From Candidatus Methanophagaceae archaeon (GTDB lineage Archaea > Halobacteriota > Syntropharchaeia > Alkanophagales > Methanospirareceae), in assembly GCA_003194425.1 (NCBI GenBank), contig PQXB01000001.1:220444-252443 (forward strand): a stretch of 32,000 nucleotides of DNA, given 5' to 3'. The position numbers were made by a program, and so were the translations under genes. The notes beneath the pieces are model-generated. The model was not told the DNA's origin and ran no database searches. It saw only the letters and a list, made by a program, of their open reading frames with translations. Numbering within the stretch: position 1 is the first letter of the stretch; each line of letters opens with the position of its first letter. Shown piece after piece: positions 1 to 7,597 of the stretch.

Positions 1-739
1 CATTTCTCGCAGGTCCGAGCCCGCCCATCGTTATTCGGCTTCGGGTCTCGAGGTTGTCAAGAATCCGCTCGTAGCTCTCGGTCTTGACGAAACTACGCAC
101 GAACTTTTTTATTTTTTTAGATTCCGCCTCTATTTTCTTTGGCACGCTCCCGTAGCCTGCCTGCTCGTTAATTGCCTCCTTCGTCTTCTGAAGTAGCAGC
201 AGCGAGCCGAGTTCGTAAACATCGTTCATTATGCCGTGTTTCAGGAAACCGTTGGAGGAGTAGGGACGGTTCTCCCTGCCCTTCAGCTCGACCACGCAGC
301 CATAATTTTTCTCTGCGATTTTTCCGATCGAGGACTCGGTCTCCGAGACGATGGCGTTGATCGTAAATTTCTCGCTCCTCGTTCGCTCGATGTAGTCCGA
401 AAGTTGCTTAACCACGATTTTTGGCGTTGAGGTCTCGCCGCTGCCGGAATTAACGAGCAGTGCGATTTTGTCGTATTTCTTCTCCAAGACCGGCGCTGCC
501 TCGACGATGTCTCTGCCGGGGAAGTCGATGTCTACCATTGTTTTCACCGTCTTCTCTTTCATTTGCCCCATTCCGATGTACAACGCACTCTGCGACCTTC
601 CTTCGCCGACGAGGACGACGCAGTCCGCGGCGTTGAGGTCGTCGTAAAAAGCCCTGAACTCGCTGGGGTCGACGCTGCGAACATTTCGCGTTACTTTGTT
701 GAGGTAGCCTATTTTTCTCTCGTTTTCTCTTGGTGCCAT
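1..739 (-). CDS. SIS (phosphosugar isomerase/binding) domain protein, C-terminus off-window
   Basis: Not in the supplied track because it runs off the left edge. Hand translation from ATG at 739 gives MAPRENERKIGYLNKVTRNV...CVVLVGEGRSQSALYIGMGQM...KIALLVNSGSGETSTPKIV. The frame is open to position 1 and has a SIS-like SGSGET motif. Confidence 0.5.
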   Translation of the reverse strand, partial: MAPRENERKIGYLNKVTRNVRSVDPSEFRAFYDDLNAADCVVLVGEGRSQSALYIGMGQMKEKTVKTMVDIDFPGRDIVEAAPVLEKKYDKIALLVNSGSGETSTPKIVVKQLSDYIERTRSEKFTINAIVSETESSIGKIAEKNYGCVVELKGRENRPYSSNGFLKHGIMNDVYELGSLLLLQKTKEAINEQAGYGSVPKKIEAESKKIKKFVRSFVKTESYERILDNLETRSRITMGGLGPARN

Positions 740-796
740 AAGTTGCAAAAAAGAGGGCTTAACACTCTTTAAGACTTTCGGTTTTTTTCTATTTTT

Positions 797-2278
797 TTAA
801 TACGACCTTGCGATGTACACCCTCTTCCCGCCTCTCGCGCAAATTACGCATTTTCCTTCGCTTCCTCCCTTGCCCTCTCGTCCGCCTTCTTCTCTTTCTC
901 CGCCTTCCCCACTTTCTCCGCTTTTCCCCTCCGCCACTGCTCCTCTTTCTCCTCCTTCCCTGTTTTCCGCCACTGCCTCTCCCAACACACTCACTCCAAG
1001 CCGCTCCTCCACTTCCCGCCCGCACCGTTCTTGCCCGCAGAGGAACACGGAGGAAAAGCCGCGGAAAGCCGTTTTTGCTCGCTCGTGAATTTGGTCTTGG
1101 ATCTCGCTCAGCGCCCTCTTCACCTCCGAGACCACCTCGGCGAGTGGGACTTGTGTCCTCGAGAAGTCGTGCCTGCAGACGAGTTCGCAGCTCTTCGCCC
1201 TCAAATCCCGCGGACCGACCTCAACCCGCAACGGCACGCCCTTCAACTCCCACTTGAAATACTTCGCCCCCGGCCTCTCGTCCGAGTCGTCCAAAAGAAC
1301 CCGCACACCCGCCTCTTTCAACTCTTTGACCACACCAACGCCCGCCTGCAACACTTCTTCTGCACCCCCTTCTGCACCCCCTTCTGTACCGCTTCGCCCC
1401 CGCGAGTACAAAATCGGCACGACAACAACCTGCACGGGCGCGACCTCGGGAGGCAGCACCAGACCCCGCTCGTCGCCGTGCACCGAAATCACCGCGGCGA
1501 CGCACCGCTCTGAAATGCCGTAGCAGGTCTGGTTAACGAACTTCAGCGAGCCGTCTCGGTCCTCGAATTTTATCTCAAAAGTCCTCGCAAAACTCTCACC
1601 GAGCAGGTGAATTGTCGCAACCTGCAACGCCCGCCCGTCAGGCAGCAGCGTGTCAAACGCGAGGGTGTAGTCCGCCCCCGGGAACTTGTCCCACTCCGGC
1701 CGCCGCGTTACCAAGTAGGGAACTGCGAGTCGGTCGAAGAATTCTTTGTAAAGTGTGACCGCTTTCTTCACCTGCTCCTCCGCCTCGGCTCGGCTTGCGT
1801 GCACGGTGTGCGCCTCTTTGAACGAGGTGATTTCACGCAGCCGAATTAGCGGTCGCGTGTGCTTCGTCTCGTACCTGAAAGTGTTCACGATTTGGTAAAT
1901 CCGGAGCGGCAAGTCCCGGTGCGACCGAATCCAGACCTTAAACACAGGGTAAATCGCGGTCTCCGAAGTGGGGCGGAGTGCGAGAGGGACCTCCAACTCC
2001 GTGCTGCCTCCCTTCGTTACCCAAAAAACCTCCTCCTCAAACCCTTTTATGTGCTCCTTCTCCTTCAGCAACTCGTCCTCGGGAATCAAAAGCGGGAACA
2101 ACACTTCCTCGTGCTCCTCGTCCAAGAGCGACCGCAGAATCCCGTAAATCAGATTCCGCAGTTTGTAGCCGTGCGGAAACCACACGTACGCCCCCTTCAC
2201 CGGGTACCGCACGTCCAAAATCTCCGCCCGCTTCAAGATCTCGCTGTACCACTCACTGAAATCGCTTTTGCGTTCCAT
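797..2278 (-). CDS. proS: prolyl-tRNA synthetase, archaeal/eukaryotic type
   Basis: 493 aa ORF with class II aaRS signatures ([27 protein letters not shown]). The C-terminal Zn module ends in [18 protein letters not shown]. It also carries low-complexity inserts. Confidence 0.92.
   Translation of the reverse strand: MERKSDFSEWYSEILKRAEILDVRYPVKGAYVWFPHGYKLRNLIYGILRSLLDEEHEEVLFPLLIPEDELLKEKEHIKGFEEEVFWVTKGGSTELEVPLALRPTSETAIYPVFKVWIRSHRDLPLRIYQIVNTFRYETKHTRPLIRLREITSFKEAHTVHASRAEAEEQVKKAVTLYKEFFDRLAVPYLVTRRPEWDKFPGADYTLAFDTLLPDGRALQVATIHLLGESFARTFEIKFEDRDGSLKFVNQTCYGISERCVAAVISVHGDERGLVLPPEVAPVQVVVVPILYSRGRSGTEGGAEGGAEEVLQAGVGVVKELKEAGVRVLLDDSDERPGAKYFKWELKGVPLRVEVGPRDLRAKSCELVCRHDFSRTQVPLAEVVSEVKRALSEIQDQIHERAKTAFRGFSSVFLCGQERCGREVEERLGVSVLGEAVAENREGGERGAVAEGKSGESGEGGEREEGGREGKGGSEGKCVICARGGKRVYIARSY
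1358..1392. repeat. 12-bp tandem repeat (ttctgcaccccc, about 3 copies) inside proS
   Basis: Read directly from the sequence. It encodes GGAEGGAE on the minus strand. Confidence 0.85.
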
Positions 2279-2296
2279 TTTCTTCTTGCGTTAGAG

Positions 2297-2368
2297 AGCC
2301 GCTGGTGGGACTTGAACCCACGCTCTGCTGATTACGAATCAGCCGCTTTACCTCTAAGCCACAGCGGC
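2297..2368 (-). tRNA. tRNA-Thr (anticodon CGU)
   Basis: Hand-folded cloverleaf: acceptor GCCGCTG/CAGCGGC, anticodon loop TTCGTAA, T-arm GTGGGTTCAAGTCCCAC. Confidence 0.85.
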
Positions 2369-2381
2369 GTAACTTTTAGAG

Positions 2382-2502
2382 ACTGACACTACTGACACTA
2401 GATTTAGTTTAGAATGTTTAGTTTAGAATGTTTAGTTTAGAATGCAACATTTAAATACTAACAGAACAATTAAAATCACAGGAACAATTGTAAATCACAG
2501 AA
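2382..2502. repeat. Three adjacent tandem duplications: 9 bp x2 (2382-2399), 14 bp x3 perfect (2403-2444), about 20 bp x2 (2461-2502)
   Basis: Units are actgacact x2, tttagtttagaatg x3, and cag(g)aacaatt(g/a)(t/a)aaatcacag x2. Together they fill the spacer between tRNA-Thr and the next gene. Confidence 0.85.
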
Positions 2503-2505
2503 AAA

Positions 2506-2739
2506 ATGAAGAAAGAGGAAGTAGTGCATTTGCATTTGTTGCTGGCACAGTTGAAGAAATATTGTGAGGAGAACGGAGGGAACGGTGAGTTTGTGAAGTA
2601 CAACAAGTTGGGCATTACACCTTTTCAGGTGCACCGAAGCAAAGCAGAACACAAACAAGCGATTTTCGTTCTCGGAACCGAACTTGTGTCAGTGACTGCA
2701 GGGAACAACGGCAATTTCCTGGTGACTAACAAAAAGTGA
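2506..2739 (+). CDS. small conserved archaeal protein, UPF0058-like
   Basis: 77 aa ORF: MKKEEVVHLHLLLAQLKKYCEE...FQVHRSKAEHKQAIFVLG. From memory it resembles the UPF0058 family pattern (HK-EL--LH ... H--K-EHK-AIF-L). G+C is visibly lower than in neighbouring genes. Confidence 0.45.
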   Translation: MKKEEVVHLHLLLAQLKKYCEENGGNGEFVKYNKLGITPFQVHRSKAEHKQAIFVLGTELVSVTAGNNGNFLVTNKK

Positions 2740-2790
2740 AGAAACTCTACTTGGCAGATCTGACAGGTCTAACAGGGTCTGCTTCTTCAC
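2736..2790. terminator. Inverted repeat between convergent genes (gtgaagaaac ... gcttcttcac)
   Basis: 10-bp arms with 1 mismatch at 2736-2745 and 2781-2790. It starts at the stop codon of the 2506 gene, and T-runs follow at 2813-2818. Confidence 0.3.
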
Positions 2791-2858
2791 TAAAGAGGGG
2801 GTTAATTTGTATTTTTTAGAAGGAGTAAGAAAAAAAGTGATTTTTGACATATTTTATT

Positions 2859-3554
2859 TTATTTAAAAAAAGTTTTGTACGCTTTTATTATTTCCTTTCC
2901 TTCCAGAAATACTAAGCCGCGTTCCGCCGCGAAAGATTTTGCGTCAGATTTGGAGACCGCATTCCCGGTCTTGCTGTCCAGCATTTCACAGATTACCGCA
3001 GCCGGAGGAGAAATGCCCGCGAGCAGTGCCAACGCCACCGAGAGCTCGGTCTGCCCCCTCCGCTCCTCGAGTAGTCCGTTTGCAGCACGCAGAATCGAGA
3101 CGTGCCCGGGGGTTCGGAACTCCGAGTAAAAGTCATAATCTTTGCCGCTTAGCACTTTCTCAACCGCCTCACCCACCTTTTTTATCGTCAGCGACCTGTC
3201 CCGGTCGGTTATTCCTGTAAAAGTTTCGCGGTGGTTCACCCACAGCGAGAAAGAGGAGCGTCTGTCGTACGAGAGGTCGCCCGTCCCCTCGACCATTTTT
3301 TTTAGCGGCGCGAAGTTCCTCAAAATATCGCTCATCAAAGGGAGACCGAGTCGCTCCGCGGCGGCAGCGTGAACGGCGACGCAAATTAGCCCGCCCGCCT
3401 CTCTTCTAAAATACGCGACCTTCCGTGGCGTCACAAAAGAAGCCGGCAGCACAAAGTCCGTCTCGCCCTCTCTGTCCTCAGCGTCGTAAATCAAGACGAG
3501 CCTGCCCTTCTTTACTTCTTCAATTCCACGCTCTACCGAGTCTGGGATTTTCAT
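2859..3554 (-). CDS. ribB: 3,4-dihydroxy-2-butanone 4-phosphate synthase
   Basis: 231 aa. The sequences LVLIYDAEDREGETDFVLPA, GGLICVAV and TPGHVSILRA match DHBP synthase. Confidence 0.85.
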   Translation of the reverse strand: MKIPDSVERGIEEVKKGRLVLIYDAEDREGETDFVLPASFVTPRKVAYFRREAGGLICVAVHAAAAERLGLPLMSDILRNFAPLKKMVEGTGDLSYDRRSSFSLWVNHRETFTGITDRDRSLTIKKVGEAVEKVLSGKDYDFYSEFRTPGHVSILRAANGLLEERRGQTELSVALALLAGISPPAAVICEMLDSKTGNAVSKSDAKSFAAERGLVFLEGKEIIKAYKTFFK

Positions 3555-3556
3555 TT

Positions 3557-4249
3557 TTATGTCACCACCTTCGCCCGCACCTCGTCGCCGTCGTTCAGTT
3601 TGAGTTCGCAGCGCAGGAAAATCGGCGAAATTATCTCCAAAACATCCTCAGGGTAGTGCGTGCGGTGCGGAATTATTACGGCACTCTTAACCCCCTCCGC
3701 TCGGTTGCAGGCGATTTTACAGGGGAAGCACTTGCCTCCCCCGAAAGTCCGCTTCGCCCTCTTCGACTCAAAACCCTCTAATTTAATCCCCTTTCGCACA
3801 TCCAAAATCCCCCGCGCCGCAATTCCTTGCGCGTCCAACCTGAGATTCAGAGTGCCGGGAAACGGCGTAAAGCCCAATTTCCCCTCAAACTGCCTCTTGT
3901 AGCCCTCAAGCGTCGTGTAATATTTCCCCTCGCCCAAGCCCGTAATCACACGCCCGACGAACTCAAGTTCAACGCTGCTCGCGGAAAAAAATATTTCCTG
4001 GTACTCGTAGCACTCCTCTTTCAACTGCACAATTCCCGTCTTCGTTAGCACAATCCACTGCCCGTCCGCAGTAATTCTGCGGTGCACGAACCCCTCCCGC
4101 TCGAGTTCCTGAAGTCGCCTCGCAGCCGTCTGCCCGCTTGAATTTATCATCTCCGCGAACTGCAGAGCGGACAGTTTAACGGGCTGCTCCACCGCACCAA
4201 GCAGCGCAAGTTTCCTTAACGAGAGCGTCGTCTCCCCACTTATTTTCAT
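3557..4249 (-). CDS. ribK: winged-helix DNA-binding domain fused to CTP-dependent archaeal riboflavin kinase (RbkR-type)
   Basis: The N-terminus is wHTH-like (SALQFAEMINSSGQTAARRLQELEREGFV). The C-terminus matches the archaeal kinase (GRVITGLGEGKYY...GFTPFPGTLNLRL). I chose the start at ATG 4249 (MKISGE); the 4336 start would abut the tRNA. The gap to ribB is 2 nt. Confidence 0.7.
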   Translation of the reverse strand: MKISGETTLSLRKLALLGAVEQPVKLSALQFAEMINSSGQTAARRLQELEREGFVHRRITADGQWIVLTKTGIVQLKEECYEYQEIFFSASSVELEFVGRVITGLGEGKYYTTLEGYKRQFEGKLGFTPFPGTLNLRLDAQGIAARGILDVRKGIKLEGFESKRAKRTFGGGKCFPCKIACNRAEGVKSAVIIPHRTHYPEDVLEIISPIFLRCELKLNDGDEVRAKVVT

Positions 4250-4291
4250 CTTTTCTTCTTCTTTCTTTTTTGTTTTTGTGTTTATCAATTT

Positions 4292-4305
4292 TGAGAGGCA
4301 TCTCA
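4292..4305. promoter_or_regulatory. Palindrome TGAGA-GGCA-TCTCA just downstream of a TATA-like box of the rbkR-ribB operon
   Basis: Read directly from the sequence. On the minus strand cttatttat (4305-4313) precedes it. It is a candidate autoregulatory operator. Confidence 0.25.
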
Positions 4306-4317
4306 TAAATAAGAATA

Positions 4318-4345
4318 TCCAAAACAAGAAGTCCAAAACAAGAAG
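4318..4345. repeat. 14-bp perfect tandem duplication (tccaaaacaagaag x2)
   Basis: Read directly from the sequence. It ends 1 nt from the tRNA-Leu 3' end. Confidence 0.9.
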
Positions 4346-4346
4346 A

Positions 4347-4455
4347 TGCGGGGGGAGGGATTTGAACCCTCGTATTCCTACGAAACAGGATTTCTCAGGT
4401 ACGAAGTTCTTTCCCTCTTAAGTCCTGCGCCTTTGTCCTGCTCGGCTACCCCCGC
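4347..4455 (-). tRNA. tRNA-Leu (anticodon UAA) with an intron of about 24 nt at 37/38
   Basis: Acceptor GCGGGGG/CCCCCGC, anticodon stem CAGGA/TCCTG with CTTAAG, then the intron, a long variable arm, and T-arm GAGGGTTCAAATCCCTC. Confidence 0.8.
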
Positions 4456-4525
4456 TTTTTACTCTTTTCACTAACTAACAAATCAAATAAATAAAAAGAT
4501 AAATTAACGAAAGGCTGGAAAAACG

Positions 4526-4870
4526 ATGAAATTAGGAATTGTAATTTATTCGGGAGATTCGGAGACCGTGTGGAACGCGTTTCGGTTCGGTAATTTCGCG
4601 CTGCAAACAGACGGCACGGGTGGCGACGGCGAAGGAAACGAAGTGAAAGTGTTCCTGCTTGGCAGAGGAGTGGAGTGCGAGTCGCTGGACAAGGGGAAAT
4701 TTAGGGTGACCGAAGAAATGCGGAAGTTGGTAGAGAGCGGTGGCGAGATTTTTGCGTGCGGCAGTTGCCTGAAGATCCGGCAGTCTGAGGGCTCGGAGTT
4801 GTGTCCGCTCTCGACGATGCGGGATTTGTATGAAATTGTGGCGGACTGCGAGAAAGTTGTTACATTTTAA
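4526..4870 (+). CDS. DsrE/DsrF-like family protein
   Basis: 114 aa: MKLGIVIYSGDSETVWNAFRFGNFAL...IFACGSCLKIR. Size and pattern are typical of the DsrE-like sulfur-relay fold. Confidence 0.55.
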   Translation: MKLGIVIYSGDSETVWNAFRFGNFALQTDGTGGDGEGNEVKVFLLGRGVECESLDKGKFRVTEEMRKLVESGGEIFACGSCLKIRQSEGSELCPLSTMRDLYEIVADCEKVVTF

Positions 4871-4875
4871 GAGTG

Positions 4876-5130
4876 ATGAAAAAAATTTGGTGGGTTGTGA
4901 TTGTGCCGGGAATCTTGGCGGTGGCTGCGGGGGCGTTTGCGCTACTTCTGTTCCTGATAAAATTGCTCTGGGCTTGGACTGTTCCCGACCTCTTCCCTGG
5001 CGCGGTTGAGCAGGGCTTGGTGGTAGGGACAATCTCCTGGGTCACCGCACTCAAGCTCGCTGTCTTTGTCGCTGTGCTGAGTGGGCTCGCGAGCGCGCTC
5101 GCGTCTCGGCACGGGAGTAAAGAAGGGTAG
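4876..5130 (+). CDS. small membrane protein (2 predicted TM helices)
   Basis: Two hydrophobic segments (IWWVVIVPGILAVAAGAFALLLFLI and ISWVTALKLAVFVAVLSGLASALA). The gene is tightly packed between its neighbours. ATG at 4876 is preferred over GTG at 4873. Confidence 0.5.
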   Translation: MKKIWWVVIVPGILAVAAGAFALLLFLIKLLWAWTVPDLFPGAVEQGLVVGTISWVTALKLAVFVAVLSGLASALASRHGSKEG

Positions 5131-5139
5131 AGAAGAAGA

Positions 5140-5976
5140 ATGGAAAAAAGCCTTAGACCGTTTGTTTTCATAAACGCGGCGACGAGTGCGGACGGTAAAA
5201 TCTCGACCGTAGAGCGGCGGCAGACGAGAATAAGCGGTAAGGAGGATTTTGAGCGGGTGGACTCGCTGAGGGCGGGGAGCGACGCAATAATGGTCGGTGT
5301 AGGCACGGTCTTGGCTGACGACCCTTCTTTGACTGTGAAAGCAGGAGCGAGGAGGGCAGCGAGGGCGAGGGCAGGGAAAGACGCAAATCCGCTGCGAGTC
5401 GTTGTGGACAGCAGGGCGAGGACTCCTCCTAATGCTGAGGTGCTGTGCAAAGGCGAGGGCAGGCGAATAATCGCGGTCTCTGAACTCGCGAACGCGGACG
5501 GCGAGAGAGTGGCGGAGTTGGGGAAGAGAGCGGAGGTTCTGGTCTGCGGGGGGAGCGGTGCTGCGGAGAGCGGTGCTGTGGAAAGCGGTGCTGCGGAAAG
5601 CGGTGCTGCAGGAGGAGGGGGGGGAGGAGGAGGGAAGGTGGATTTGGGGAAACTTCTCGCTCGGTTGCGGCAGCGGGGCGTGGAGAGACTGCTGGTTGAG
5701 GGAGGGGCGACACTTAACTGGTCGTTGATTTCGCAGGGGCTCGTCGACGAGATTTTTGTTTATGTGGGCAACCTGATTCTGGGCGGCGAAGACGCACCTA
5801 CGCTCGTTGACGGCGCGGGGTTCGTTGCGGGGGCAGGGGTGGTGAAGTTGGAACTCTTAAGTGCAGAGAGGCTGGGTGAGGGCGTTTTGCTAAAATGGCG
5901 GGTCGTGAGTGAGGGAGAAAGAGAAAAGGTCAGAGGGAAGGAGGGGAGCGCCGCGCAGTCAGGGCGCAAGGCGTGA
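5140..5976 (+). CDS. 2,5-diamino-6-ribosylamino-4(3H)-pyrimidinone 5'-phosphate reductase (RibD C-terminal domain family)
   Basis: FVFINAATSADGKIS...GSDAIMVGVGTVLADDPSLT...LLVEGGATLNWSL matches the RibD_C/archaeal reductase. It has an internal repeat insert, and its tail reads into a repeated cassette. Confidence 0.72.
   Translation: MEKSLRPFVFINAATSADGKISTVERRQTRISGKEDFERVDSLRAGSDAIMVGVGTVLADDPSLTVKAGARRAARARAGKDANPLRVVVDSRARTPPNAEVLCKGEGRRIIAVSELANADGERVAELGKRAEVLVCGGSGAAESGAVESGAAESGAAGGGGGGGGKVDLGKLLARLRQRGVERLLVEGGATLNWSLISQGLVDEIFVYVGNLILGGEDAPTLVDGAGFVAGAGVVKLELLSAERLGEGVLLKWRVVSEGEREKVRGKEGSAAQSGRKA
5554..5634. repeat. 15-bp tandem repeat x4 (agcggtgctgNggaN) followed by a G-rich run
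   Basis: Encodes SGAAESGAVESGAAESGAAGGGGGGGG inside the reductase. Confidence 0.85.
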
Positions 5977-5980
5977 AGAT

Positions 5981-5990
5981 ATTTATAAAA
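5981..5990 (+). promoter_or_regulatory. TATA box (atttataaaa) of cassette copy A
   Basis: AT-rich octamer preceded by a purine-rich BRE-like gtgaagat, directly after the reductase stop codon. Confidence 0.35.
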
Positions 5991-6027
5991 AATAGGGCAA
6001 AGTATAGTACGGAAAGGGGCGAGAAAA

Positions 6028-6093
6028 GGTAAGGGCAAAAGCGGTAAGGGCAAAAGCGGTGAGGGCAAAAGCGGTGAGGGCAAAAGCAAAAGC
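6028..6093. repeat. 15-bp tandem repeat x4 (ggt[a/g]agggcaaaagc)
   Basis: Read directly from the sequence. The homologous position in cassette copy B holds a single unit. Confidence 0.9.
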
Positions 6094-6568
6094 AGTAGGC
6101 GCAAGTAACGCCGAAAGGGGAAAAAAGAGAGAAGGTGCGAGTAGCAGTAGCAGTGCTGCTGTCTGCGAGTGCGCAAGCAGCTGGAATTGGAGGAGGAGAA
6201 GAAGGTTTATTTATCATAAAATTAAGAAGGAGCAAAAGCAGAAAAGGGAAGAAGGAAGAAGGAGTGAAAGCGGAAGAGGAAGTAAAGTCGGAGGCTGCGG
6301 AAAGAAGGGAGAAGGAATAAGAGATAATGAGAGCGATAAAAGAGTTAAAGGAACTGAAGCGGAGGATAGAAGAGCGGGGGGAGAGTCTGTCCTCTGTCTC
6401 TGATGTTTTTATGGCTCAGGTTTTTACTCTTTCTAAAATGAGTGCGGTGAATAGAGGAATAGAAGGAGCTATGCTCTTTGTCGTAATATCTAATGTCTAT
6501 AATAATATCTAATGTTTAGTTATAAAATGCAAAAGAAAGAAATGTCTCACGCTCATCTTGTCCAGATG

Positions 6569-6770
6569 GGAGCGCCGCGCGGTCGGGGCGCTAAAACGAA
6601 AAAATAAAAAGGGAAAGGAAAAAGCAGAAAAATGCCGACCAACAGGAAAAAACCGTGAAGATATTTATAGAAGGTAGGGCAAAGCATAGTAAGGAAAGGA
6701 GAAAAAACAGGATGAAGACTAAGGCAAAAGCAGTAGAAGTAACCAATGCCGAGAACGGCAACAGGCGAGA
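6569..6770. repeat. Copy B of the hairpin-TATA-leader cassette, upstream of the surface-protein gene
   Basis: Shares the hairpin (6572-6593), gtgaagatatttata and the leader sequence with copy A. About 60 extra nt lie between the hairpin and the TATA box. Confidence 0.7.
6662..6671 (+). promoter_or_regulatory. TATA box (atatttatag) of cassette copy B
   Basis: Same context as copy A. It implies a leader of about 180 nt before ATG 6875. Confidence 0.35.
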
Positions 6771-6852
6771 GGATAGGGTACCATATTCTCGACTGACTTT
6801 TGTCTTTGCTCTCTCTTATCTGCAATTCTTCCTTTCCAGGAGTAAAAAAAAG

Positions 6853-6877
6853 ATTAGGAGGTGAAAACGAAAAAATG
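6853..6877 (+). promoter_or_regulatory. Shine-Dalgarno/initiation region attaggaggtgaaaacgaaaaaATG
   Basis: Contains AGGAGGTGA. The 25-nt string is identical to 27616-27640. Confidence 0.6.
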
Positions 6878-7597
6878 AAAACACAAAAGCAAAAAAGAGG
6901 AAAAGCGATAATAGGAATTGCAATCGCAGCGATTATGCTGACTTCGGTCTTCGCAGCGCTGACACTGACAGGTAGTGCTACTACCTCAACGACTACTCTG
7001 CCTGCCTCTGTCACTGCAGGGACAACAGAAGAGTTTAGTATAAAGATACGGGAAGACACCGATGGAGATTTTGCAGTTGGTGATGTGATAAAGATAAAAC
7101 TTCCGGAGGGATTCACACTGACCAAAGCACCTACAATAGAATATCCTGCAACAACAGTTACCGTTGGACCGGTCACAGGTAAAGCAAATGACACAGAGAT
7201 TACAATACCAATAACAGCTGTAACAGCAGCAGCCCCCGACGTACTGCAAGTCACTCTCAGTGTGGATGTATCAGAAGATGCATATGGAACAGCGACATTT
7301 ACTTTGACAGATTCAACAGAACCAGATATACCAGATGTAACGACGATGGTAATAAGCACAAAAACTAGGCCTGAGCGCAATTTGATACGCAGCGGAGCAA
7401 CGATATTCATCAGCGAGCAGGGGTTGAAATTTGATGTGGACGACGATGGCGATTTCGGTGAGGATGGAAGTTTGGACACTACAACATTGACAGCTGTTAA
7501 CACAGACATAGCCGACACATTGTCCTTGTCATCGACTTACACGGTGGAGGATGTAACGAGGAGATTGCGGATTTCGTCGGCGTTGAGAACATTTTGA
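6875..7597 (+). CDS. secreted or membrane-anchored surface protein, probably C-terminally truncated
   Basis: Basic N-terminus plus a hydrophobic segment (MKTQKQKRGKAIIGIAIAAIMLTSVFAALTL), then a T/S/D-rich beta-type sequence. Codons are A/T-rich. The last 15-20 codons or so read out of frame through an ABC-ATPase remnant. Confidence 0.55.
   Translation: MKTQKQKRGKAIIGIAIAAIMLTSVFAALTLTGSATTSTTTLPASVTAGTTEEFSIKIREDTDGDFAVGDVIKIKLPEGFTLTKAPTIEYPATTVTVGPVTGKANDTEITIPITAVTAAAPDVLQVTLSVDVSEDAYGTATFTLTDSTEPDIPDVTTMVISTKTRPERNLIRSGATIFISEQGLKFDVDDDGDFGEDGSLDTTTLTAVNTDIADTLSLSSTYTVEDVTRRLRISSALRTF

Larger units (their letters stand above)
5944..6116. repeat. Copy A of a dispersed hairpin-TATA-leader cassette
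   Basis: By hand alignment, gggagcgccgcgcagtcagggcgc ... gtgaagatatttataaaaaatagggcaaagtatagtacggaaagg ... aaaagcagtaggcgcaagtaacgccga matches 6569-6770. Confidence 0.7.

Noticed and set aside
2369-2860. Integrated element next to tRNA-Thr (low-GC segment with the UPF0058-like gene)
   Set aside because: There is no integrase and no direct repeat of the tRNA 3' end. The single gene is a conserved archaeal family, so the low GC is more simply a property of the gene and spacer.
4250-4336. Longer N-terminal extensions from upstream starts (rbkR 4336, agmatinase TTG 17629, HisA-like 21076, TrmO TTG 8032, GT2 TTG 27424)
   Set aside because: The extensions add non-conserved or hydrophobic junk, run into a tRNA or tandem repeats, or use rare starts. 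In each case an internal ATG coincides with the conserved N-terminus, usually with a better Shine-Dalgarno sequence.
4873-4960. Box C/D sRNA suggested by GTGATGA at 4873-4879
   Set aside because: The motif is the GTG/ATG start region of a plausible membrane-protein ORF. No properly spaced D box (CTGA) with a terminal stem was found.
5977-6552. ORFs 6059..6403, 6135..6320 and 6327..6512 in the purine-rich gap
   Set aside because: The translations are K/E/R/G low-complexity products of the GA tract and the 15-bp repeat, with no family resemblance. 6327..6512 has a weak Shine-Dalgarno-like context but no supporting features. The region is treated as non-coding or decayed.
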